DNA of 64,000 nucleotides from an uncultured candidate division Zixibacteria bacterium (lineage in GTDB: Bacteria; Zixibacteria; MSB-5A5; GN15; FEB-12). A program made the position numbers and the translations under genes. The notes beneath the pieces are model-generated. The model was not told where the DNA came from, ran no database searches, and saw nothing but the letters and a program-made list of their open reading frames with translations. The stretch spans positions 1,376,001 to 1,440,000 of the forward strand of contig CAVTJJ010000004.1 of NCBI GenBank assembly GCA_963735035.1, written 5' to 3'. Shown one piece after another: positions 55,065 through 64,000 of the stretch. How positions within the stretch are numbered: position 1 is the stretch's first letter; each line of letters begins with the position of its first letter.

Positions 55065-55188
55065 AACTGTTTCACTGTTTCATCTCCGAAGAATACCTGC
55101 ACCAAGATCGCTCAAAACGCGATTTATTCCTCAAAAAGTCTCTTCTTCAGCCGATACAGGAGGTATACCGCCGAGGACTGTTGTAGAG

Positions 55189-56619
55189 ATGAAAAACATA
55201 CTATTGGTGGACGACGACAAGGAAGTATCGCAGTCGGTAGCTAATCTCTTCGACTCGGACAAATACAAGTTCGAGTTCATGGAGGATGGAGCCGGCGTGT
55301 CGCGGTATCTCCAGGAAAACCAGAATGTAGATCTGGTTATGCTCGACGTCAATCTGCCCACCATGTCCGGACTCGAAGTGCTCAAGCAGATTCGGCAGGT
55401 CAAATCCGAAGTGCCGGTGATTGTGATCTCCGGGTTTGTCTCCACAGAGAACGCGATTGAAGCGATGAGGGAAGGGGCTTACGAGTACCTGACCAAACCG
55501 TTCCAGGTGAGCAAGCTGCTGGAGACGGTCAACAAGGCCTGCGGTTATCAGATGCGCACCCAGAGCGGAGCCATCATGGAGCGCCCGCCGATTTCCGATA
55601 CCCCGGTCGATGAGATCGTGGGCAAGTCGCCGGAGATCGTGGAAATTGCCAAGATGGTCGGGCAAGTGGCCAAGTCGGACGCCGCCGTGTTGATATTCGG
55701 AGAGTCGGGCACCGGCAAGGAAGTCGTCGCCCGCGCTATACATCGTAACTCTCGCCGCAACAATCATCAGTTCCTGTCGGTCAACTGCGCCGCTCTTCCC
55801 GAAACACTTCTGGAGTCGGAGCTGTTCGGACACGAAAAGGGTGCCTTTACGGGCGCCTATTACAAGCGGATCGGCAAGTTCGAACAGACCGACGGCGGCA
55901 CACTTTTCCTCGACGAAATCGGCGACATGTCGATGCTGACCCAATCGAAACTGTTGCGCGTGCTTCAGGATCAGACGTTCGAACGGGTAGGCGGCAATCA
56001 GACGATCAAGTCCGATGTCCGAATTATCGCCGCCACCAACAAGTCTCTGGTTCAGGCGATGAAAGAGGGATCTTTCCGCGTGGATCTGTTCTATCGTCTG
56101 AAGGTCGTATCATTCTATATCCCACCGCTACGCGACAGGCGGGGCGATATCACGCTGCTCATAGATCATTTCCTCTCCAAGTTCTCGAACCAGCTTGGTA
56201 TTCCGCGCCGGACCGTCTCCAAGAAGGCGGTGCAGGTTCTGACGAAACATCCGTGGCCGGGCAACGTCAGAGAACTCGAGAACAACGTCCATACGGCCAT
56301 GGTGATGTCGAAGAACGAGGAGCTGCAGTCGGAGGACTTCCCGAGCCTGGCCGACGATGCCCCCAAGGTCGACATTGATCTCTCGGTACTGCAGGATGAC
56401 TACACCGAGACCTTCCGCAAGATAGTCGACCCGATTATGGTCAAGCTGATCGCCAGCTCGCCAGGTCAAATCTATCATTTCCTAGAATCGGCCCTGGAAC
56501 GGGCTGTGATCTCGACCTGTCTGAAGCATTTCAACGGCAACCAGGTCAAGGCATCTGAGACACTGGGTATTTCGCGCAATACCTTGCGCGACCGTATTGC
56601 CCGCTACAATCTCTACTAG
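55189..56619 (+). CDS. sigma54-dependent response regulator (NtrC family)
   Basis: Receiver domain, GESGTGKE, GAFTGA, WPGNVREL, Fis-type HTH. Confidence 0.96.
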   Translation: MKNILLVDDDKEVSQSVANLFDSDKYKFEFMEDGAGVSRYLQENQNVDLVMLDVNLPTMSGLEVLKQIRQVKSEVPVIVISGFVSTENAIEAMREGAYEYLTKPFQVSKLLETVNKACGYQMRTQSGAIMERPPISDTPVDEIVGKSPEIVEIAKMVGQVAKSDAAVLIFGESGTGKEVVARAIHRNSRRNNHQFLSVNCAALPETLLESELFGHEKGAFTGAYYKRIGKFEQTDGGTLFLDEIGDMSMLTQSKLLRVLQDQTFERVGGNQTIKSDVRIIAATNKSLVQAMKEGSFRVDLFYRLKVVSFYIPPLRDRRGDITLLIDHFLSKFSNQLGIPRRTVSKKAVQVLTKHPWPGNVRELENNVHTAMVMSKNEELQSEDFPSLADDAPKVDIDLSVLQDDYTETFRKIVDPIMVKLIASSPGQIYHFLESALERAVISTCLKHFNGNQVKASETLGISRNTLRDRIARYNLY

Positions 56620-56687
56620 CCCAACGGCTGGTTACTCCCTTACCATTGTGATTGGCTCCGTGAATACAGGGGTTTATATTGCCGCCT

Positions 56688-57803
56688 ATGAAGATCTGCC
56701 ATCTTTCGGACAGCCATCTGGGGGCGGGGGAGAACCATCGCCGTCGCGCTCCCAGCGGTCTGACCGAGCGCCAGGAGGATATTCTCGCAGCCTTTGTTGA
56801 AGCAGTCGATAAGATTATCGCTCTGCGGCCCGATGTCTGTATCCACTCTGGCGACCTCTTCCACGCCGTGAGGCCCCTCAACAGCATTATGGCAAGGGCT
56901 GCCCAGCAGCTACACCGTCTGGCGGCGGAAGCGGGGATCCCGACTATTATTATCACCGGGAATCACGACGCTCCCAAGCAGCCCCATGTCGGAGCCGCTC
57001 TGGACGTATTTGCTCCGATAGCCAATCTTCATATTGCTTCGGCCGGACGTCTTGAGCAATTCCGTATCGGACCGGATTGTTTCCACGCGCTGCCGCACTG
57101 TCTGACTGCGACGGAATTGAAGACCCAGCTCGCCCAGTGTGTGCCGGACAAGAGCGCCCGCTTCAACATTCTGGTGCTGCATGGTGTGGCGGCCGGTATG
57201 CCGGAATTCTCGATGGCTGACCTCGGTGAGCAGGAACTACCGCTGGAAGTTATGGGCCGTTTCGACTATACCGCCCTGGGCCACTATCATAATTTCTGCC
57301 AGGTGGGGCCTCGGGCCTGGTATGCCGGCTCGACTGAGAGGCTCTCGCAGTCAGAGCGGGAGTCGCCTAAAGGTTTTGCCGTGGTCGATCTGGCGCCTTT
57401 CGAAGTTACATTCGTTCCGGTCGCGAGCAGAACTATGGTCGATTTGGAAGTTATCGACTGCGCCGGCCAGCGGGGAGATCAGGTGCTGGAATTGCTTCGG
57501 CAGAAGCTGGACCGAGTCGGGGCTGCTGACAAAATCGTCAGAGTGAAGGTGACAAACGTCTCCCCCGAGACTCTCAAAACGATGCCCGCAAGTCAGCTTT
57601 CCGAGCTTAGGGACCGGGTCTTTGCGCTCGACGTACGGTTCGAGAAGGTGGCAACAGAAGGTGAGGCGGGCAAGTTCGGTCGTTCCGCTATTGGGCGACT
57701 GGATCAGAGCTTTGTCCAGTTTCTCGAAACCATCGATCTGTCCGGGTTCGACCGGAAACGGCTCACCGACGCGGCTCTCAAATATCTTTCGATTGAAGAG
57801 TAA
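56688..57803 (+). CDS. SbcD/Mre11-family metallophosphoesterase nuclease
   Basis: SDSHLG, GDLFH, GNHD, ALGHYH, YAGSTE. Confidence 0.88.
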   Translation: MKICHLSDSHLGAGENHRRRAPSGLTERQEDILAAFVEAVDKIIALRPDVCIHSGDLFHAVRPLNSIMARAAQQLHRLAAEAGIPTIIITGNHDAPKQPHVGAALDVFAPIANLHIASAGRLEQFRIGPDCFHALPHCLTATELKTQLAQCVPDKSARFNILVLHGVAAGMPEFSMADLGEQELPLEVMGRFDYTALGHYHNFCQVGPRAWYAGSTERLSQSERESPKGFAVVDLAPFEVTFVPVASRTMVDLEVIDCAGQRGDQVLELLRQKLDRVGAADKIVRVKVTNVSPETLKTMPASQLSELRDRVFALDVRFEKVATEGEAGKFGRSAIGRLDQSFVQFLETIDLSGFDRKRLTDAALKYLSIEE

Positions 57804-57953
57804 ACCGATTGTGGTTGAGGCGGTTGCGGTGGCGGCGGGCTGTGTGATCGGTCGAGCCAAGCTGCGTTTACCAAAAGGCTTTTATGTTGACTCGATCATC
57901 CATCGGCGCTACTAATTCGTATAACGAAAAAAACTGCTAAGGCAGAGGAACGC

Positions 57954-58607
57954 ATGAGAAAGAATTTTATTGTTATCGCGGTAGCATCAGCACTGACATT
58001 GGGAATCTCGGCCAACGCTTTTAGCGCGGTGGGGTCGTCATTTGGCACCCTTACAACAGCCAGCGTCCTGGGCCAGGGCAAGGGTACTTTCGGGTTTGGC
58101 GTCGGGATGGCCGACCGGACCTCGTTCGTAGGCACTTTTGCGTTCGGTCTTTCGCAATACTCCGACGGCCGCCTGAAATTGGGGTTCGCCGATCCGGACA
58201 ACGGCGATACCAAATTGACTTTTGGGGTCGACTACAAGTACCAGTTCTGGAACTACGGTACCGGCAAGAATAATCCCTTCGACTGCGCTCTAGGCATGAT
58301 GCTCGAATACGCCGATTTTGACGCCTTTTCGGTGCTGCAGTTTGGCGGCCAGGTGATCGGTTCGTATCCCATCAAGCTCAGGCGGGGCGGCACACTGGCG
58401 CCTTATGCCCGATTCAATGCGCGCGTAGAGTGGCTCAGTTTTGACGTGCCGGTCGATTATCATGGCGATGATTCCGAAAGCAATCTGGAAGTAGGCCTGA
58501 ACGGCGGTATCCAGTGGCAGATGACACCGAACGTGGGCAGCTACGTAGAATTCCAGATCGACGGGAACGACGGGATATTCATCGGTATTGACCTGGGCGT
58601 GATGTAG
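57954..58607 (+). CDS. Hypothetical secreted protein, probable small beta-barrel
   Basis: Signal peptide, alternating aromatic/Gly beta pattern. Confidence 0.7.
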   Translation: MRKNFIVIAVASALTLGISANAFSAVGSSFGTLTTASVLGQGKGTFGFGVGMADRTSFVGTFAFGLSQYSDGRLKLGFADPDNGDTKLTFGVDYKYQFWNYGTGKNNPFDCALGMMLEYADFDAFSVLQFGGQVIGSYPIKLRRGGTLAPYARFNARVEWLSFDVPVDYHGDDSESNLEVGLNGGIQWQMTPNVGSYVEFQIDGNDGIFIGIDLGVM

Positions 58608-58630
58608 ACTCTGAACATAGCAAGATCGCC

Positions 58631-58662
58631 GGCCCTGCGACCTGGCGGGGCCTTTTTGCTTT
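58631..58662 (+). terminator. Rho-independent terminator
   Basis: GGCCCTGC-GACCTG-GCGGGGCC then TTTTTGCTTT. Confidence 0.7.
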
Positions 58663-59439
58663 ATGTCATATTTTGACGCAATAATTCTCGGAATCGTGCA
58701 GGGTCTGACCGAATTCCTGCCGGTGTCCTCATCCGGTCATCTGGTGCTCGTGCAGGAGCTCCTCCGTGTTGACAAAGGGGTGGTGCTCGACCTGGATCTC
58801 GTGCTCCACCTGGGGACGCTTATAGCCGTCTTCATATACTTTCGAGCTACTATCTGGCGCTTGATTCAGGCCCTGTTTGGTGGCGGAACGCCTGACGATC
58901 GGAAGATGATCCTGTGGCTGGTGGTCGGAACGATTCCGGCCGGGGTGATCGGGATCTTGTTTGAAGAGTACTTCGAACAGGCTTTTGGCAGCCCGGTGAG
59001 CACGTCGTGGGAGCTTATCATAACCGGCGCTATTCTTTTGGCCACTCGCTTCTTTCGTCCAGGGAACCGGCCCGTTTCATTCCTGCCGTCGGTATGGATC
59101 GGAATCGGGCAGGCGGTTGCGATTCTTCCGGGCATCTCGCGCTCTGGAACGACAATAGCCGCCGGCCTCATGGTCGGTGTGAAACCGTCACGGGCGGCCG
59201 AATTCTCATTTCTGCTGTCGATCCCGGTCATAGCCGGCGCCATACTTCTGAAGGCGAAGGAGATAACCAACATCTCGGCTCAGCTAATGGGGCCGTTCCT
59301 GGTAGGGATGCTCGTCTCGCTCGCACTCGGGCTCCTTTCGGTTTATATCGTTCTCACCACGGTAAAACGGGGGAAATTTGACTATTTCGCCTATTACTGC
59401 TTTGCGGTGGGAGCGCTGGGTCTGTATCTTTTCTCCTAA
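58663..59439 (+). CDS. uppP: Undecaprenyl-diphosphate phosphatase (BacA/UppP)
   Basis: QGLTEFLPVSSSGH, PGISRSGTT, AEFSFLL. Confidence 0.97.
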   Translation: MSYFDAIILGIVQGLTEFLPVSSSGHLVLVQELLRVDKGVVLDLDLVLHLGTLIAVFIYFRATIWRLIQALFGGGTPDDRKMILWLVVGTIPAGVIGILFEEYFEQAFGSPVSTSWELIITGAILLATRFFRPGNRPVSFLPSVWIGIGQAVAILPGISRSGTTIAAGLMVGVKPSRAAEFSFLLSIPVIAGAILLKAKEITNISAQLMGPFLVGMLVSLALGLLSVYIVLTTVKRGKFDYFAYYCFAVGALGLYLFS

Positions 59440-61023
59440 ATGCAGAGCGGCATTCTCGTCGTCAGATTCGGCTCCCTGGGCGATGTCATCCTGACTTCGG
59501 CCCCGGTCCTGAATCTCAAGCTGGCTTATCATGACCGTCAGTTGATCTACCTGACGAGGGAGAGGTTCAGACCTCTGGTCGAGAAGTTCGACGGCGTCGA
59601 TCGGGTCGAGACCGTTTCGGATCACGCAACTCCGTTTGAGCTCTTCAAGAAGCTGCAGGAAGTGGAGACGCTCGAAATCGATCGAGTAGTCGACCTGCAC
59701 GGTAATTTCCGCTCGTGGCTCACGCGTATGATGATCGTAGCCAATCACAAGAGCGTCTATCCCAAGCGGCGCTGGGATCGTTGGCGCGTGACTCGAAAGA
59801 AGAAGACGCTGCCGCTTGATTACCCCCATACAATTGACCTGTACAACGAGGTGGTTCTTTCCGATGGTAAGCGGGCACATTGTCGCCGACCCTTGATGGC
59901 GATACCATCTCTGTTGTCAAAGTATGCCGCTATTGTCGAGAGCTCCATGCCGATTGTGCTTATGGCTCCCGGCGCGGCCCATCCGACCAAGGCCTGGCCG
60001 GTCGGCCGGTTTGCTCATGTAGCATCATCGTTGCGTAAAATCTACGGAGCGCGAATAATTTGGGCGGTAACGTCGGCCGAGAAAGTGACCGCATCGTTGC
60101 CCGCCGAGATAAGTGATCCCGACATTATTGAACTGGTAGACTGTCCTCTCGATCAACTGGCCGCGATTGCTTCCAGAGCTCGACTGGCAATCACTAACGA
60201 CTCTGGCATCGGGCACCTGGCGTCGGCGGTCGGAACGCCGGTCTTGGCGCTGTTTGGCCCTACGCACCCGGTGCTCGGATTTGCTCCGCGCGGACTCAGA
60301 GATAGAGTCATGCAAGTGGATGAATTCTGCCGCCCCTGTTCCCGTCACGGCCGGAAGCCTTGTTGGCGTGAAGAACGCTTCTGCTTCAATAAGCTGAGCC
60401 CGGAGATAGTGATCGCCGAAGCCCTGGTCATGCTGGAAGAAGCCGCCGAGCTGGTTCCGGGACTTTTGGTTGATCGGGATGGCACGATCATGGTAGATAA
60501 GGAATACCTGTCTGATCCGGCCAAGGTCGAGTTGATCTGCGGGGCCGGCGCCGCTCTGAGGCAGGCGCGGGAGGCAGGTTACAAAATCGCCGTGGTATCG
60601 AACCAGTCCGGGGTGGCCCGAGGCTATCATACTTGTGAAGATGTCGAGAAGGTAAACGCACGCTTGAAAGAACTTCTTGAAGCCGAAGGCGTGAAGGTAG
60701 ACGGTTTCTATTACTGTCCTCATCATGGCAAGAAGGGTCGCGTTCCGGAATTCACGCAGGATTGCCGTTGCCGGAAACCTTCGCCCGGCATGGCAGAGCA
60801 GGCGGCGCTCGAGTGTGGTTTCGACCTTCGCCGCTCGGCGGTAGTGGGTGACTCGCTGGTAGATATCGGCCTGGGAAGGGTCATCGGGGCACGCTCGATT
60901 CTGGTCCGGACCGGGTACGGGGCAGGCCTGGTCCGCGAGCGGCGCGCTCAGTTGGAACGACACGGGGTCGAGATTGCCGATGATCTTCAATCGGCCGTGT
61001 GCTTGCTCTCACACAGTCAATGA
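59440..61023 (+). CDS. GT9 heptosyltransferase fused to GmhB-like HAD-IIIA phosphatase
   Basis: SLGDV, APGA..KAWP, NDSG..HLASA; then DRDGT, SNQSGVARG, CPHH..CRCRKPSPGM, VGD. Confidence 0.9.
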   Translation: MQSGILVVRFGSLGDVILTSAPVLNLKLAYHDRQLIYLTRERFRPLVEKFDGVDRVETVSDHATPFELFKKLQEVETLEIDRVVDLHGNFRSWLTRMMIVANHKSVYPKRRWDRWRVTRKKKTLPLDYPHTIDLYNEVVLSDGKRAHCRRPLMAIPSLLSKYAAIVESSMPIVLMAPGAAHPTKAWPVGRFAHVASSLRKIYGARIIWAVTSAEKVTASLPAEISDPDIIELVDCPLDQLAAIASRARLAITNDSGIGHLASAVGTPVLALFGPTHPVLGFAPRGLRDRVMQVDEFCRPCSRHGRKPCWREERFCFNKLSPEIVIAEALVMLEEAAELVPGLLVDRDGTIMVDKEYLSDPAKVELICGAGAALRQAREAGYKIAVVSNQSGVARGYHTCEDVEKVNARLKELLEAEGVKVDGFYYCPHHGKKGRVPEFTQDCRCRKPSPGMAEQAALECGFDLRRSAVVGDSLVDIGLGRVIGARSILVRTGYGAGLVRERRAQLERHGVEIADDLQSAVCLLSHSQ

Positions 61024-61138
61024 CTCGAATGGACGTGCGTAACTTGATAGATAAGACTAATTAGCCGATATATGATTCTGAAGGCCGGTTTGGTCTGTCC
61101 TGATGTAAACGAACCGAGGCGCCGGCCCGTCTGAGGTC

Positions 61139-63994
61139 ATGTTGAATTCCTTGAGATATCAGCCAGCGGTCGGTCAAGTCATGGTAGGTCGAGCCGGGTC
61201 TTTTCAGTCTTCTCGCCTGATCGTCTTTGCCCTGCTGTTATTCACTGTGGCAGGGCTGCTGGCTCCCTGCGCTTCCGCACAACTCTACTTCGGTCAGAAC
61301 AAAGTTCAGTACACCGACTTTGACTGGCAGATGATGACCACCGAGCATTTCAATATCTATTTCTATACTGAAGAGGCGGAAATCGCCCAAATTGCCGCCC
61401 GTATCGCCGAGGACAGTTATCCGAGGCTGGCGGCTAAGTTCAATCAGGAAGTCAGCAAGAAGATTCCGCTTATAGTCTATTCATCGCCGAGCTACTTCTC
61501 TCAGACGAACGTGATCCCCGGCATTCTGCCGGAATCGGTGGGAGGTTTCACCGAGTTTCTGAAGGGGCGAGTGGTGGTGCCCTTCCACGGCTCCTATTTC
61601 GATTTCAAGCATGTCATCACTCATGAACTGGTACACGTATTCACCATCGCCAAACTGGAGGAGATCAGCAGCCGTCAGGGAGTAATCCGCATGACCGGGC
61701 TGCCTCTCTGGTTCACAGAAGGTTTGGCTGAGTACTGGTCGGAAGACTGGGATACCGAAGCAGATATGATCGTCAAAGACATGGTGCTGCGCGGGGACGT
61801 TCTTCCGATGAGCGAGTTCTGGAAGGTGCAGGGCAGCTACTTCATGTACAAGCTCGGGCAGTCGGCCTGCAAGTTTATCAGTGAGGCGTACGGCCCGGAG
61901 AAGCTTGTTCTGATTCTTGAAAATTGGAACAAAGGACGCAGCTTCGAAGAAGTTGTCCAGGTCACTTTGGGGAAACGCTTCAATGACGTATCAGACGAGT
62001 GGCAGTACTGGCTCAAGAAGAAATACTACCCCGAGCTCGAGAACCTGGGCCTCCCCCGGATGGAGTCGAATCGTCTGACCTGGGACGGCTACTGTGTCAA
62101 GGGCGTACCTATTTCCTGGGACGACGGCCACGGTCTGCGGGAGTGGGTTGTATTCATGGCCTACCGCCGGGGCTACACCGGCATCTATATGAAACCGAGG
62201 AAGGCGAGCAAACAGGGCTTGCGCACGCTGGTGAAGGGGGAGCGTTCCAGCAAATTCGAATCGCTGCATCTTCTTCGTTCGGGTATCGATGCCACCAATG
62301 CCGGTCTCGTGGTGTTTTCGTCCAAATCGAAGGAACAAGACGTCATCTACGTCTATAGTCTCAAGGAAGACAGGATAGTAGGCGAATATCGCCTTGAGGA
62401 TCTCGTAGCAGCTCGCTCGCCCCGGTTCTCGTCCGACGGGCGACAAATTGTCTTTAGCGGTATCCAGAAGAGCGGCTATTCAGATATCTACTTGCTCGAT
62501 ATTTCCAGCGGCAAGATTTCCACGGTAACGAACGACATATACAATGATGTCGATCCGGTGTTTTCGCTCGATGGCCGCCGGATCGTATTTGCCTCGGATA
62601 GGTGTGACGGCGGCGACATGGGCGCCAACAGTCTGTTCGAACTTGAACTAGCCGACCCGACTAATATCCGTCAGTTGACGTGGGGTCATTTCAACGATCA
62701 GACTCCGGAAGTCAGTACGCGAGGGGTGTTCTTTTCGTCCGATCGCGAAGGGTCCTACAATCTGTTCCTGCTCGATCCGGATGGACTTATCACCCGGCAA
62801 TCCGATTTTGCCACCGGCGCTTTTGATCCGAGGATTGAATCTGATGGTAGTCATATCGTCTACACCGGCTATGAAGATTTTCAATTCCGGGTGTACGAGA
62901 AGAAGCTAAGTGACACGGTCAAGGCGATTGCCAATATCACGACTCTCGGCCACTCGACCTGGGCGCCTCGACAGATCGACCGCGGTCACGGCCGAAGTTC
63001 GGTAAAGTATAAGACCGATTATTCGTTTGATATCGCCCAATCGGCAGTGGCGTATGACCCTATCTATGGTTCAGCGGGCGGCCTACAGGCGTCGTTCTCG
63101 GATATCCTCGGCAATCACGCCTACTATCTCCTGTTGACTAATTCGGCCGAGAACAAAGACGATCTTCTGCAGTCGTTCAATTTTGGTGTCACCTATGTCA
63201 ATCGGGCGCACCGGCTCAATTGGGGCGTTGGGGCCTTTCACCTCTACGATGAATATTATGATCGCAGGGATCTGTTCTATTTTGAGCGCCAGGCCGGTGT
63301 GCTGGGGTATTTCAGTTATCCGGTTTCCCGGTTCAGCCGATTCGACATCACCAGTTTCATCCGCTATGACAAGAAAGATCGCCGCTACGGTCTGGTCGAT
63401 CGCGAAGCGCTGCTGGCCTCGACTTTCATGAGTTGGGTCTATGACAATTCGATCTGGGATATTTCCGGTCCTATCGAAGGACGGCGATATAATCTTTCTG
63501 TCGGCCTAAGTCAGTCGATCAGCGACGGAATGGCCTGGAATCGGATCGGGCTGGTGGACCTGCGCCATTACGTTCGGCTCGGGACCAATTCGGCCATTGC
63601 CAGTCGTTTGTTCGCGTTTGGGTCCGGTGGTGTGGAACCTCAGCGGATATATTTCGGCGGTAGTTGGGATTTTCGTGGTTATGATCGACGCGCGTTCTAC
63701 AATCGCAAAGTACTGTTTGCCTCCAATGAGCTGAGATTCCCGCTGATAGATGATCTCATTATCGGAATGCCTTTCGGAGCTATAGGCTTCCGGGGAATCC
63801 GAGGCGCGGCATTCTTTGATACCGGGTCGGCCTGGGACGACAAGTTCGATCAGTTCCTGGGCTCATACGGTTTTGGCTTCCGGGTAAATGTCGCTTATGT
63901 CGTTCTGCTTCGATTTGATTTTGCCCGGCGAACCGATTTCAAGACCACCAGTCCCGGATTCGACTTTGATTTCTTTTTCGGATGGAATTTCTGA
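61139..63994 (+). CDS. Peptidase MA-like + TolB/PD40 propeller + Omp85-type barrel protein
   Basis: FGQNKVQY, HELVH..WFTEGLAEY, P.FS.DGR.IVF repeats, FRGY loop, C-terminal FFFGWNF. Confidence 0.85.
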   Translation: MLNSLRYQPAVGQVMVGRAGSFQSSRLIVFALLLFTVAGLLAPCASAQLYFGQNKVQYTDFDWQMMTTEHFNIYFYTEEAEIAQIAARIAEDSYPRLAAKFNQEVSKKIPLIVYSSPSYFSQTNVIPGILPESVGGFTEFLKGRVVVPFHGSYFDFKHVITHELVHVFTIAKLEEISSRQGVIRMTGLPLWFTEGLAEYWSEDWDTEADMIVKDMVLRGDVLPMSEFWKVQGSYFMYKLGQSACKFISEAYGPEKLVLILENWNKGRSFEEVVQVTLGKRFNDVSDEWQYWLKKKYYPELENLGLPRMESNRLTWDGYCVKGVPISWDDGHGLREWVVFMAYRRGYTGIYMKPRKASKQGLRTLVKGERSSKFESLHLLRSGIDATNAGLVVFSSKSKEQDVIYVYSLKEDRIVGEYRLEDLVAARSPRFSSDGRQIVFSGIQKSGYSDIYLLDISSGKISTVTNDIYNDVDPVFSLDGRRIVFASDRCDGGDMGANSLFELELADPTNIRQLTWGHFNDQTPEVSTRGVFFSSDREGSYNLFLLDPDGLITRQSDFATGAFDPRIESDGSHIVYTGYEDFQFRVYEKKLSDTVKAIANITTLGHSTWAPRQIDRGHGRSSVKYKTDYSFDIAQSAVAYDPIYGSAGGLQASFSDILGNHAYYLLLTNSAENKDDLLQSFNFGVTYVNRAHRLNWGVGAFHLYDEYYDRRDLFYFERQAGVLGYFSYPVSRFSRFDITSFIRYDKKDRRYGLVDREALLASTFMSWVYDNSIWDISGPIEGRRYNLSVGLSQSISDGMAWNRIGLVDLRHYVRLGTNSAIASRLFAFGSGGVEPQRIYFGGSWDFRGYDRRAFYNRKVLFASNELRFPLIDDLIIGMPFGAIGFRGIRGAAFFDTGSAWDDKFDQFLGSYGFGFRVNVAYVVLLRFDFARRTDFKTTSPGFDFDFFFGWNF

Positions 63995-64000
63995 TGAGAG

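Overview
Bacterial chromosomal window. T9SS-like proteins, LPS heptose genes and sigma54 signals suggest a Gram-negative FCB-like lineage such as Zixibacteria (inference). Positions 1-28.7 kb hold the core cluster: end of rplL, rpoB, rpoC, then the str, S10, spc and alpha operons through rplQ, all on the + strand. The most striking anomaly is the rplV locus (15809-16615). It encodes a 268-aa protein made of a diverged second copy of S19, the L22 core and a histone-H1-like Lys/Ala/Thr tail, directly after an intact rpsS. The 203-nt rpsG-fusA spacer holds a terminator-like hairpin and an alternative helix that would cover the fusA ribosome-binding site. After the alpha-operon terminator, a 2-kb patch of REP-like palindromes brackets two accessory genes. 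The rest is housekeeping and envelope genes: plsY, gpsA, MerR-family regulator, 3 tRNAs, surE, frameshifted apt, GH57, PorV-like, a sugar transferase with an Arg-rich insertion, an NtrC-like regulator, SbcD-like nuclease, uppP, a GT9-GmhB fusion and a peptidase-propeller-Omp85 protein. All calls come from reading the sequence by eye; no searches were run.
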